This document shows, one piece after another, positions 32,566 through 45,901 of a stretch of 64,000 nucleotides of DNA. Position 1 is the stretch's first letter. Each line of letters starts with the position of its first letter. The stretch is from NCBI GenBank assembly GCA_965221905.1, contig OZ244922.1, forward strand, positions 2,272,001-2,336,000, read 5' to 3'. Under the pieces are notes generated by a model. It made no database searches. It saw nothing but the letters and a program-made list of their open reading frames with translations, and was not told the origin of the DNA. The DNA is from Chloroflexota bacterium. GTDB lineage: Bacteria > Chloroflexota > UBA11872 > VXOZ01. A program made the translations under genes and the position numbers.

Positions 32566-34814
32566 GGCAAACCTGCCACTGGGCCGGTCGGGACACTGGT
32601 CAGCTCATCCGAGTTGCCGGCATTGTCGATGAAGCTGACCAGAACCTTTAGCGTCGTCCCTACATCGGCTTCCACCGGAGTATAGCTGGACCCGGTTACG
32701 CCCTCGACTTGCCTATCGTCCTGGCCGTCATTGGAAATCCACTGATAGCTGAACTCGATACCCTTCAATCCATCCGCATCAGAAATCTCTGATGTTTCCG
32801 TCGTTAGCGTGCCGCCAACCTTGGCCAAGCCAACGATGCTTGGGAGTCCTGATGCCGGGGAGTTTTCGGATGACGAAGTACGGGCGACTGATCTCACCTC
32901 CTTCCGTGGGTTGTTTGCATCGCGAGTGGTGATGGCCGTCTCCGTAGCACTGATGCGATACAGGCCGGTGCGGTCCTGGCCCTGGGAACCCACGGCGATA
33001 TAGTAGCGGCCAGTGCTGTTCGGTTGGAAATCGACGCTTGCCCGTTTACTACCGCCGGAACTGGCCGTGCCGCCGATCGCTGTCCCGCTACTGTCGTATA
33101 TCCCGAGAATCTTAAGCTTTGTTGCCTGGTGTTCTTCGGATACGTATGGGTTCGCCCAGACCTCCACCGTATACTCGTATCCCTGCGTGAATTCGATAGC
33201 AAACCAGTCCTCATCGGGACCCTCGTCCCAGTTATCTCCAAGGAAAGCGCCGATATTGCTGGCTGGGAAATTGCTTGCGCTCAGCGTCTGTCTTGTGCTC
33301 GTGTCAGCGGCCAAGTCATCGCTATAGCCATCCGGCCCTCCGTCCCAGTCATAGAATGGCTTACCGTCCCTGATGAAGCAGACATTGTTAACGCGCACCT
33401 TTATCTGGTAGGACCCTGTGCCGCCGTCACCCGCAGCAATTTCAATTTGGAAGATGTCGGGGCGACCATACTTGAAACCTCCGACGCTGTTCCTTCCGTA
33501 GCCCCCATCGTAGGCGAGGTAAGAGTAGACTCCTCTCGCAAGGGTCCGTTCTGAGTTCCAGACGGCGATTAGATTTGGATCTTCAAGGGTGAGGTTGCCC
33601 GCGTAGTTGTCCTCCTTCAGTATGTAGCGACCGTCATCCGCGCCTATGGCCTCGATGAGATAGCCCCGGTAGGGGTCCAATTCCACGCTCCAGAATTCTC
33701 TATCCCCCGATTGGCTTATCTCTCCGATGGCGTCAAACACGATGATCTTGGACTGAGCGGTGCATAGCGGGCCGGTGATCATCGTTTCGGTGTTCATTAG
33801 CTGGATGGTGGCGGTTCTGGGGTTGGACGAGACTACTCCGGCCGGTAGGGCTCCAAACCTTAGCTCCACAGCTTCACCGTCGTCCTCGACAGTGTCGTCG
33901 AAGGCCATCACTGTGAAAGTCTTACTATGCTGGCCCGGACCGAAGATCAATTCCGCCGGCACCCCGGTCCAGTCGTCCTGAGTGGCCCCATTCATCCCGG
34001 TGTCGTTCAGTGGTACCACAATCTCGCTGACCGCCGATCTGTCGAGCTGGACGGTCACATGTGCGCCAGATCCGCCTTCAGTTGCCTGATATGTAGCGGC
34101 GCTGAATGAAACCCTGAAGGAGTCGAATATGGTTACATTTGCCTGGGCGGGGGTTCCGGCGCTTACGCCGGCTGGGAGGGCTCCGAACCCAATACTCACA
34201 GTCTCGATGTCCTCGTCGTCCTCATCCTGGGTGGCGGTGAAGGTGAATGACTTCTCCGTCTCTCCGCTTGCAAAACTCACACTTGAGGGCACGCCGGAGT
34301 AGTCTGCGGTGGTGGCCCCGGACTGGTGGGTTGGGGTGAGGGGGATGGTCACCGACCTCTCCGGATCTGCGCTCAAGACCACAGTGATTTCAATGATCGA
34401 TCCCTCTGTGAGTCCGTACGCGGCGGCTTTGAAAGACACCTGCACCGACACTTGGTCCTGTACCGGTGCGTCATCGTCGGTGATGGAGACGACGGTCTCA
34501 TCGGTGGTGCCTGAGGATACACCGGTCGGCAGTGTCTCAAACCCAAGCTTTACGCTCTCTCCATCATCATCAACCGTGTCCTGCGTGGCAGCGAACGTGA
34601 ACGTCTTCTCCGTGTCGCCACTGTTGAACGTCACGTTCTCCGGCACTCCCGAATAGTCCGCCGTCGTCGCTCCATCCCGGTTCGCCTTGCTGATAGGTAT
34701 GATGACCGTGCGCTCTGGATTAACGCTCAGTGTTACGGTGACCGTGACGGTGCTCCCCTCACCCACCGCGTACGTAGCCGATCCAAAGTTTGCCGTCACC
34801 GCAGGCACGTCATC

Positions 34815-35505
34815 GTCGTCCGTCACCGTCACCGCGACACTGTCAGCAGTCAACCCCTCATAGTCGCTGTCGTCGGTCGAAGTGACCGTGTGCGTGATGG
34901 TCACCACCGCTTCGTCTGCTGTATCCCCGTCCTCCTCCGCTGTCACCGTCACCGTCTGCGCTGTGTTCCAGTCTTCATCCGTGAACGTCAGTACCGTCTT
35001 GTCCAACGTTACGTCCGTATCCGTCACGCCGCCGATCGTTACCGTTACGTCTCCCGCAGGCTCAGAACCCAGCACAACCGTGTATGTGTCGGTGTTTCCT
35101 TCCTCTATGTCCAGCGTCGCCTCAGAGACGATCACCCCTGCACTGTCATTGTCCGTCACCGTCACCGCTACGCTTGCGGTGCTCAACCCCTCATAGTCGC
35201 TGTCATCCGCTGAAGTGACCGTGTGCGTTAGCGTGACTAACGCCTCATCAGTCGCATCATCATCATCATCCGCTGTCACCGTCACCGTCTGCGCTGTGTC
35301 CCAATTCTGCCTGGTGAACGTCAGCACCGTCTTGTCCAACGTTACGTCCGTATCCGTCACGCCGCCGATCGTTACCGTTACGTCTCCCGCAGGCTCTGTG
35401 CCCAACACCACCGTGTACGTCCCACTATCCCCTTCCTCTATGTCCAGCGTCGCCTCAGAGACGGTCACCCCTGCACTGTCGTCGTCCGTCACCGTCACCG
35501 CGACG
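34815..35505. repeat. Two ~333-bp near-identical tandem domain repeats
   Basis: TCCTCTATGTCCAGCGTCGCCTCAGAGACG occurs at 35101 and 35434; protein unit VSEATLDIEEG...GDVTVTIGGVTDTDVTLDKTVLTFT. Confidence 0.9.
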
Positions 35506-38500
35506 CTGCTAACGCTCACGGCGCGGTATTTGGTATCGTCGCTGGCGATAGAATGGTTGATTGTGGCAGCCAGTTCGTCCCTTGCGTTGGAATCTTCCGT
35601 CGCAGTTACTGTGATTTGTTGCGATTGGTTCCAGTCATCGGGGGAGAAGGTTAGACTACCGGGACTCACAGTAAACGCGGCATTCGCGGGAAGGTCGACG
35701 ATGACTGTCACGCTCGCCTTGGGCTCCGTTGCCAAGTTCATCGAGTAGTTCTTGCCCGCGCCCCCTTCCCGAACAGTTAAGGTTGTGGGCGCGAGTCTCA
35801 CATTTGCGGAATCGTCATCAACAAGCACCGCTCGGGCGGAGACGACCTCCAGGCTGGGGTTAGATGCTATGCCCTGCAATTCAATAGTCACATCCTCATC
35901 GTCGATCTTGTCATCCGCGTTCAATAAGAAGATGTCGGATATGGCGAAACTTTGGCCCGCCGCGATGGTCAGCGGGAATACTGTTTGGTTAGCGCTAAAC
36001 AAAAGGGACTTGCCGTTCAGGCTAACTATCGAAGTATTGATAGACGTATCGGTAGGTAGCGTGCTGTCTCCCTCCAGAGTCGCGCGGATTTCAAGAATAA
36101 TGATTTCATCCTCTTGCAAGGACGGCTCGTCGAAAGACAGCGTAATCGTTGTCGGTGCGGGGTCGTTATCCACGATGGAAAGCCGTACTCCGCTGACCGT
36201 CAAACCACCTGGCACAGTGTTTGTTCCGCGCACAAAGAACTGTTCCAAGCCCTCATAGAGGGTATCGTCGACCGGAGTGACCGTCAGGTCAGCAACCGCG
36301 CTAAATTCACCTGCAGGGATGGTCAGGGTCGCAGAGTCCCACGTAGCGGTGAAGTCGTCACCGACGGTGGCCGTCTGTTCGACGAATCTCATCGCTATTT
36401 GTGTTGCCTCGTTCCGAGTTCCGCCCCCGAGTATCGTTGCCTCGACGGCTATCGTAACGACAGAACTTCCTTCGTCAATCGGCGCGGCGGTGACGGAAAG
36501 CCCAATGCTCATTGGCTCGTTATCGTTGTCCTGAATAGTGACGACGGCGGGAATTACCTGGATCGTTCCGGGTGTTGTTCCTCCGACTTTCAGTTGCTCA
36601 TCGTCTTCGCGGATGTTGTCGTCCAGCACCGTGAGGCTCAGAGTAGTCGTGGCGCCCAATTCCCCGGCGGGAATCGTGAGCGTTGCCATGTTGACCTCGT
36701 AGTCATCGCCGGAAACGGCAGTATCGTCGATCGCTTCCAGGGTGACCACGGTATCGACCGGCAGGGCGGACCCTCCGGTCAGCGTACCGGTAACGACCAG
36801 GAAGGTAGTAGGCGTCGATTCGTCAACTGTCGCCGGCGCGACCGTCAACACGACTTCATTCGGCTCGACATCCTTCTCCACGATAGTCACACCCAGTGCA
36901 TCCGAATTGGACAGCACTGATGACGTAGCGGCCAGGCGAGCGATCTCATTGCCTTCCCATATGTTGTCGTCGTCTGGCGTCAGTGTAATGGTGGCTACAA
37001 CACTTGACTGTCCGGCCGGGATGTCCACCGTGACTGTGGTGGCAGTATAGTCCTCACCGAGGGTCGCATTTCGGATTACGTTGGGCCGGTCGATAAACTC
37101 CACAGTCACAGGTGTGTCAGTCGGGAATTGAACCGTACCGTCCAGAGTCACCGTCACGGTGAGGTCGGTCGCCCCGCTATCCTCGTCCACGCTATCGGGA
37201 GTTACTTGCATCGATAGGCCGTCGGGAGCCGTGTCGTCGTCCACGATAGTGCCCGTAGCCATAGCCACACCCAGGGGGAACTCTTCCACGGGGGAAGAGG
37301 AAGTCACGCGAGCCTCTGTCAACGCCACTTTGAATGTCTCGTCACCCTCTGCCAAGGTGTCCTGTAACGTCGATACTGTGAAGGTGGCTGAGGTGCTTCC
37401 CGATGGGATCGTTACGCTGCCGGAAGCCGCCGTATAGTCCGCGTCCGGCACTGCGGTCTCGCCTGTTTCCAAGTCTTCGCCCACTTGCCGCGTTTCCCAG
37501 TCCGCGGTCACGCTATCGTCACTCACCGTCGACATGACGATAGTAAAGGCGGCGGCTGTCCCTTCATCGACTGAGGGGGTTCCTTGAATGGATACCGTCA
37601 AGGAATCCTGATCCAGAATCGTTGTTGTCGCGACTGACTGTGTCTCCGAAATCGAAGCAGATCTCGCGCCGAAATGGGCACTGAATATCTCAATCGTCAG
37701 GGTCTCATCACCCTCTTCGATCGAGTCCGATAGGATCGGGTAAGTGATCGTTCCTGAGGACTGGCCTGCCGGTATTTCCAGCGTTCCTGCATTGCCGGTG
37801 GTGTTACCGGGTGGGAACGAAAGTAGACCGGTGGGCGTCCCAAAGTCATCCGTCTCGACGGCGGATCCCGCTGTTTCGAATGTCACGCTTACGGATTCGG
37901 CGCCAAGGGCGCCAATCAGCGTCACAGTAAATACCGCCTGCTGGCCTTCCGCAACCGACTCAGCGTTGCTGGATATGGTGGCGGTCAACGATTCGTTGTC
38001 CCTGATACTGGTCTCGAAGGAACCGTCAGTGGACGAGATAGTCACGAACCTTGAACCCAGTTCAATCAGTTCCACCGTGAAGGTTTCCAGGGGTTGTTCG
38101 AGCAATTTGTCGTCCACCAGGTACACTTCGAAAATCCCACTGGTGGTTCTCATGGGGAAGGAGAGCTTGCCGCCGCCGGCTTGGTAGTCCTCACCCTCGG
38201 TGGCGGTACCCTCGACGATCTGCCAGACCACGGCCGGTGTGCGTTCGCTAGCAACAGTGTCAGGGTGGGTCAACTGCACGTTGTACCTCACCGGCCCAGC
38301 CTGGCCCTCATCAACGACCGCGTATGTCCGGCTCAACGAAGCAATCATCGGTTCTTCGTCATCCGTGATTGTTCCGACTGCGGTGCCATCCGCCAGACTG
38401 AGGTACCGAGGTGGGTTGCTGATCTGGACCGTAAAGGTCTCGTTCCGTTCCTAAATGAAGTCGTCCGCGATGTCCACCGTAAAGGTCTTCTGCTGCTCAC

Positions 38501-41500
38501 CGACCACGAAGACTAGCGTTTCGCTCTTCGCCTCGAAGTCCTTGCCAAAGCTGGAGGCGGTCACGTTGGCGTGAGAGGTGGCGTCGCCATCCTGAGTGAA
38601 AACGTCAATGGTCACCTCTTCAAGGGCCGCCGCATTCAGCCTCACGATGAAGTCAATCTGCCCGTCCGATTCGTCGGCCTGAGCGTCATCAATAGTAAAC
38701 GTCAGGTCGTTGTCGTATACATTGTGAACACGGGCGGGGTTGGTGGCCGGCTGCCCCTGAATTGTGCCGGTAGCAAGGGCTGTGTAGCCTGAGCCCTGCA
38801 GGATCTGGACGGTAATTGTGCCGCTGGCTTCCACATTGTTGTCGTCCGCAGTGGGAATGGAAAGGTCCGCGAATTTCTCTCCCGCCGCAAAGGTGATGAA
38901 CGTTGGAGCGCTCCCGGATAGGAAGTCCCCTACTTGAGTGACCGACAGGTTGATAGTCAGAGGAACATTACCGGGATCGGCGTCGGCATCGAAACAATGG
39001 TCCGGCAATCCAGCGTAGCAGTTGGCGGTACCTGCCAAATCGGCGGACACCAAACGCCGAAACGTCACTACCACGTTGTTACCTTCTTCGACGTGGAGTG
39101 TGGATGCCGCAAATACCACCGCAACGTCTGATTCGTCGTCCCGGATGGTGCCAGAGCCTGTGTCGTCTTCGAGCACGACGTCAGTGGGGTTGCCCAGCAC
39201 CACGTTGAAGGTCTCAGTGGCCTCGCCCAAGGTGTCGTCCAGGAGGGTGATGGTGATCGTCTTGGTGGTTTCGCCGATGGCGAAGATCAGTGTGCCGCTG
39301 GCGGCAGTGAAGTCAGCGTCGCCGGTGGCGGCATCTGACGAGCCGTCCACCGCCGTGGCCCAGTCAACGCTAATTTCCTGTTCGTCGTTTGCCCGATCCA
39401 GCATCACCGTGAACTCGATGCTGCCTTCACTCTCCAGGGCATCGGCATCGAGAATCGATATCGCCGGGAAGGCGTAGTCATCGTCAGTGACCGCAGTAGT
39501 CACACTGGTCACTGCCAAAGGAGTACCTCTGTACTCTCCAATCTCATAGGCGTACTGGTCGTCAGTGTAGCTGGTAGGCGGCAATAGCTCGACCGCGATC
39601 AAGCCGTCAGCCTCATCGACCACGTCGTCGGCGGTGGGCAGGCTCAGAGTGGCGGTGGTCTGGTCGGCCTCGAAAGTAACCGTCTGTGGTGCGCTACCGG
39701 AGATGTAGTCGCCGTCCTGCGTCACACGGACGTTGACCTGCAGGGTCTTGGCCAAGTTGCTAGACCTGCCTCCGTGGCGGTGCAGCGTGAAGGTGGCGGC
39801 GGTTCCCTCGCCCACAGTGGTCTGGTCCGCCTCGATGCGGACCCCCATGAACTTGCTGTAGATGATGAAAGTCTGCTCATACTGGCTTCCCCGAAGATAC
39901 TGTGGTGAGTCACCACATCCAATTAGCGACGGGTACTCCGGGGAGTCAATGCAGGTTCTTGGCAGAAACCAGACGCGGCCGCTGGCGCCCAGCGCCTCCA
40001 CCTGCTGCGTCGTCCCTATCCGGCTAGCAAAGCTGGCTAGTCCCTTATTGATGCGTGTAAAGGGGAATTCATGAAGGGTGGTTCGTTCGTCTGCCGAATT
40101 CGGATGGTGCACAGTGGTTTCAATCATGGTTGGAATTGAGAGATAGGGGGAATTGTCGCCCACCCGGTTCAAGGTGACCATCTGGGGCGTTCCCTCTTCA
40201 AACTCGTCTGTTGCCGGAGTCAGAGTCACAGTGGGCCTGTCATCGTCCTGAATCCATACCATTTCCTCGTCTACGTTGGGCACGCTCTCATCAATGAGAT
40301 AGGCGCCGGGGGCAATTGCGACCACTATGTTGCGGTCGCCGTGGTTGAGGTTGTCATCCACCGTAGCGATGGTAAGGGTCGTAGTATCCGCGCCAGCGAC
40401 GAAAGTAACGACTTCGTTTCCCACTTCCTGAATGAAGTTAGTGTCTGCATCGCCCCCGTTCTTGAAGACGCGCACGTTGACGTCGAGGCTGGCCTGCGTG
40501 TCACCGATCCGCTGCAGCGTGAAGACTACATCCTCGCCTTCGTTTACCCAGGGACTATTCTCAGTAATGCGTAACTTCGGCAGGCCATAGGTGTCATTAT
40601 CGTAGATCCAGTGACCGGCACTAAATCTGCGACCCACGCGATCGCCGGGGGCGTAGCCGGCGCCTTCCAGTATGGTCAAGGTGAACTCCGCATGGGATTC
40701 AGCGACCAAATCGTTTGCGGTCTCAATGCGGATTGTGGCCGTTTTGCTTCCCTTGCGTATTGTCGCGGTGGTGGGCAGCGTGCCGCTGACGAAGTTTTCG
40801 GCTCCCGTTCCCTGCAAGTTGATGGTGAGGCCCGGCCCCGAACGGAGCCGTATCAGTTTGAAGAAGATTGCTTGGCCCTCATAAATCCTGCGAGGGATCG
40901 GAATGAGCGGATAGGGGTTTCCATTTCCAGCACTACCGTCGTCGTTCATTGTTTCAAGCCAAACACCAGGTTGCTCGTCGTCCCCGACGATTACTGTTTC
41001 CTCAGCGCCGGTGGTCCGATAGGTGTTGGCCTGCCCGACGTCATCTGCGGGGTGGGCGACGCTGATCTTCACCTCAAACGAGCCCAAAGCCTCATCGTCG
41101 TCCTCCGTGTTAATGGTGTAGGTCACTGTGCTGGACCCGGCGGAGAAGGTGACTTGCGGGAATGTGGTACCGCCCAGACCGCCTGTCAGTCTCACCATTA
41201 GCCATGCCGTGAGCTCCCCGGTAGCGGCGCCCGTCCGCGTAAGAGTGACTTCGACGTCCTCTCCCTGGCTAATCGCGATTTCAGTGGCTGCGACGATAAC
41301 CGTCGGCTCATCATCTTCGATGACCCCTCGAGCGGTCAGGGACGACTGCCCGTCTTGGAAGGTCGCGTAGACGGGGTTGGTGAGGACAACGACAAATTCT
41401 TTGTCTTCCTCCGCGATCAAGTCCTGTAAGATCGGCACCTCGATTACGGCGCTGGTCTCGCCTGCGGCAAATGTGAGTGTTCCGGTGCTTTCGGTGATAT

Positions 41501-44500
41501 CGATGCCGTCCGAGGTAACGCTATCGCGAACTTCATAGTCCACGGTTACCGTCCTCAGGGACGGCAAGGGGCTAACCATATCCACTCGAAACTCGAAAGT
41601 CCCGTCACTCTCGTTTCCTCGTACGGTCAGATTGCGGAGGCCCAACACGGGCAATGGATCGCTGTCGCGGACGATAGCCTGCCCGCTAGCGTAGGCCGGG
41701 TCAACTGTGTAACCGTCGCCCGGCAAAATCTCTATAGTGAAGACAGCGTCCCCGTCGCTGCCGTCATGCGCTTCGGATAGTGTGGATATCCTTTGCTCGG
41801 ATGTACCGGCGCTAAACTGCCACGTGAAGTCGCCGAGGACGGTGTTCAAGACGGCGCTACCGTCTTCGGACCGCCGCACCTTGAAGTCCAGGGACTCCCC
41901 GGAATGCCCGTCATGGAAGATCCTGTACCGAATATATTGGCCTTCGCTCACGACGGGGGTCAGCATTTCGATGCCAACCTTGTAGAGATCGTCGTCTAAA
42001 ATGGTGGCGGTGACGGTGCCCGGTCCGGTCGAAGTCCAAAACTCAGGCGAACCGGGCTGCAGTGTGGCCGCGTAGTCCGTGTCCGGGCCCTTGGAGTTGT
42101 CGTCAAACCGGCTGAAAGTAACCTGCGCCTGGGACTCTCCGGCGTCTAACTCGACCACAAAGTCTTCTTCATCGCCCACAGGTCCGGCCGTGATGGGCAC
42201 TTGGAGAGGATTCTTGTCTTCACCGGTCCGCGTGATGGTCAGTATAAGATCGTTACCCTCTTCCACCTCCACCTGATTGAAGCTAATTCCCACTTGCGGC
42301 GCTACGTCATTGTCCGCCACCTGCACGGTCAGCGAGGCGGAGCCCGTGATCTCGTACGCCGAATCCTCCACTACCGTAAACGTCAAGGTGCTATCGGGGA
42401 TGTCCCGCCAGTCGTCGGGAGGTGTCAGCGTGACGGTGGCGGTGAGGTCGTCGGGCGCGAAGACTACGAAGGCGGGAGTGGCAACGCCGTCAGTGCCGAA
42501 ATTGCCTTCCAGAAATCCACCGGGGTCGTTAACGGAAACCCCCACGATGAGGTCCTCCGTCGTGTTGTTGCCTCGGGTCAGCGTGAAGGTAAGTGCTTCT
42601 CCTTCAGTAATGCTAGTGGGATCAACCGACAGGGCTATGGTTGGCAAGTCGAGGTCGTGTATCCTGTACCGCGTCCTGCTGCGAGAGTCATGGAGGCCTT
42701 CTTCACTAGGGAGAACTACGGCATTCAGGTAGTCTTGCGACTCGTAATTCGTGTCGCTGGTAACGGTGACCGAAAACTTGACACTTTGTGAGGCTCCCAC
42801 GTTGCCGTAGTAATTGGTCCAATGGGACGTCATGGCTACGGCCGGCAAAATGACAGTGTGAATCTGATCGGTCGGATTCGAACCGTCGTCAGCCCGCTGG
42901 TTGGGCTCCCAGGTGCGCACCCGGACGGGTAGAGGGGCCAGTGAGTTGCCCCTCTGCCGCTCGACCTCGAACTCCACAACCTGGCCCTCGTTCACGTCTC
43001 GCGGGCCGACTCTCTTCACGTAGACTTCGGGGAATAAGCGGTCGAAAGGTCTTATGTTCCCGGACCTGGTGCCATTCACTGTCCAGTATTCGGACTCCTG
43101 GTCGGTGGATAGGACCACGCCCTTCACATCCTCCAAGGGCTTGATAGATGCCCGGTAGCTCCATCCAGGCGGGTCCGGCAGACCGTTGTCGAGAATTTCT
43201 ATCCTGCCTATGACCTGTATCTGGTCGTCCTCGAGCGTGAGGTAGTAGTCCTTGTACCGCCTTCCGGTCTCGGGGTCGGTTGACCAGTCGGTGTGCCGGG
43301 GTTGATTCCAGCCGCGGTTGTGTTCCACCCTGACGACGAAGGTTGCGGTCATGCCGACGTCGGCCGCACGGCGCTTAACCATGAAGTGGATGGGAAAATA
43401 CTCATCGGCGTCATGATGGAAGCGGAACGCACGGTCATCGTCATAGTAGAACTGCCCTTCCGCCGGTCCGAGCACAAAGAGGCTGTTCTGCTCGTACGTC
43501 CAGGACTCTCCCGCCTCCCAGACGTCGTCAAAGTCCAAGTAGCCCCAGTCGAACGTCAGCACTTGGACCACGTCGTTGTCGGTGACCGACACAGTTGCGG
43601 AAGTCCCCACACCGGTGTTGCCGAGCAGGTAGTCGCTGCCGGGAAGAACCCATACCTTAATGTTGTCGTCCGGCAGGTCGCGCTGGTCGTCCGGAGCGGT
43701 GAGCGTGATGGTCTCTGAGGTGGAGTTGGCGGAAAACACCACTTGCATGGGAATGTCCGGCTCCTCGTCCCAGTGGTTGCCGCGCAAGAAGCCCATGGGA
43801 TCATCCACGCGAATGTCGACGGCCAGGGGCTGGGTCGTATCGCCCCCGGTGCGTGTAAAGGTGAAGGTGGCGCTTTCCCCCTCCGCCATAGATGTCGGAG
43901 TGCCGGAGAGGCTGACTAAGGCGCTGCCGCTGGGCGAATCTTCAATGTCGACAATAGCTGTGTAAGGACTGCCTTCGCTGTAGCGGCTGCCGGTCTGCTG
44001 GACCTCTGCGTGTAACTGGTCGGCGGCCTCAACCTCGTTATCCACGTAAGGAAACACGCCGAACTGCATTTCGCTTTCCCAGGGCTGGAAAGTTATCCAG
44101 TGGTACTGGAGACTGGGGTTGATGCCGAAGCCCGCAATCCGGTTGGGTTCCCAGGTCTGAACCCGAACACGCAGAGAATGGCTCATTGGGCCACCTTCGC
44201 GTTTGAGCGTGTAGAGCAACTCGCTGCCCTCCACGACAGTACTCGCGTCCGCAAAGAGCTTGACCTTGCCATCCTTGGCCCCGCTGTCGGTCGCGTCGAT
44301 AATCGTCTCACGAAAACCCGATTTTACCGTCCAGTACGTGGCCTCCTCGGCCGCATCGAGGGCGGCGCCGTTGTAATCTTCCAGGTCTCTAATCGACGCC
44401 CAGTAACTCCAATCGGTCTCAGACTCACCGTTGTCGGGGATGACGAATGCCTCCCCAATCTCGAGATCGGCACCGGTCAATTGCAGGCGATAGTCCTTGT

Positions 44501-45744
44501 ACAGGCGGCCGGTGGCAGTATCCTCGGTCCAGTCTGCCAAGAGGTTGTCATCCCCGCTCCGGTCAGTTTCCAGCCTCACCGTAAAGGTTGCGGTCTGGCC
44601 GGTGTCGGCATCCTGCTGGCGACGCTTGACGACGAACCCAATAGTGTCCCCCTCGTCGGTGTCGGCGTCGTTCACGCTGTCCTTGCCGAAATTCAACTCT
44701 AGTTCTTGCGGCGTATCATTGTCCGTGATGTCGACACTGCGGAAAAGCGTCACTCCATCTCCATTGGCAGTTCCTCCAATGAGGTAATCGAAAGATGGCA
44801 GCACATACACTTTGAAACTGCCGTTCACCATGTCGCGCGCGTCGTCGGGAACGGGCAGCGTGAGCGTGTAACTATCGGCGGCCGCCTCAAATTCGACCTG
44901 GGTGGGGAGCTCAAGGGGCGGGTCCCAGTGGTTGCCGCGCAAGTAGCCGTCAGGGTCGTCCACCAATATGCTGACGGTGAGCGGCTGGGTCAGGTCGCCG
45001 TTGCGGCGCAGGGTGAAGGTGGCGTCGTTCCCTTCGGTGATGGTTGAGGACGTGTCTGAGTCGTCGATGAAGAGTTGCGACTGGGGATATGGAGCTGCGT
45101 TGATATCGACAATAGGTAATTCAGCAAGAGACGGGTTGCCAACCAAATAGCTGCCGTCGCTGGGAGTGACAATCTCAGCATTTAGGGTGTGAGCAGTAGG
45201 GGACGTAGGGTCAACCCTAAAGTCCTGCTTGGCGACGACATGGATCGTAGCCACGTTGCTTCCTGGGGCGAACGTGACCTCGCGGACCTGCAGGGTATCG
45301 TTACTACCGAAGGAAATTGCATGATTTGGTTCCCAAATCTTCACCTGGACCGCGAGGGAGTCGGACACGCCTGCGCCGGCCCGCATGACCATGAAGGCAG
45401 CCAGGCCGCCTTCGTAGACACTGGCCTGGTCGGTTGAGATTGTGACCCTGGCCGCCGGAGGTGTCTGCGCGTGCACCTGAAGAGGTTGGAAGAGAGAATG
45501 AGCCCCAGCCAGCAAGAACGCCAGCGTTACAATGCACTTAAATATAGTGCGCGTGAGCGCTCTACTGCAACGCACCACCGAGAAACCCCTCCAACACCAC
45601 ACGTAGCTATCGACGCCTCCTGCCACCCACTCCCCAAGTAGGTGATCGGCGTCCTGAAAAGGCCTGAACGTGGCTGTACAGCTACACAGGATGACAATTC
45701 TTGCTCAAAGTTATATGATCTATTATATTCCGACAACGTGAAGT

Positions 45745-45804
45745 TTCTCATGATATATACATGAGAATGCGTTTCATTTACGTGAGACTTTTATGAGAAG
45801 TCTC
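45745..45804. promoter_or_regulatory. Candidate operators in the AT-rich divergent promoter region
   Basis: Inverted repeats TTCTCATG-N7-CATGAGAA (45745-45767) and GAGACTT-N7-AAGTCTC (45784-45804). Confidence 0.5.
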
Positions 45805-45901
45805 CTAATTGTGTTCGAGTGTGCCGGAAACAAAGGTGCGGCTAAGACTTGACCGGAAGGCACCTGTGTGCGCCAGCTAAACCGCGAAGGATGGCAAGAG
45901 A

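Larger units (their letters stand above)
31254..45626 (-). pseudogene. Giant secreted Calx-beta/cadherin-like/FN3 adhesin-like gene (~4790 codons) split by one in-frame TAG at 38451-38453
   Basis: ORFs 38451..45626 and 31254..38348 share a frame. The junction DDFI*ERNETFTVQISNP...GTITDDE lies mid Calx-beta repeat. Signal peptide ends VHA-Q; many EG...DY...FxxGET...DD repeats, PPC-like D.DWF domains, C-terminal FN3 (PPAPQNL...LTWDAP...YRVKAIN). Confidence 0.88.

Noticed and set aside
31152-32651. 499-aa plus-strand ORF with repeats
   Set aside because: Antisense shadow of the repetitive adhesin gene; its repeats mirror the minus-strand domains.
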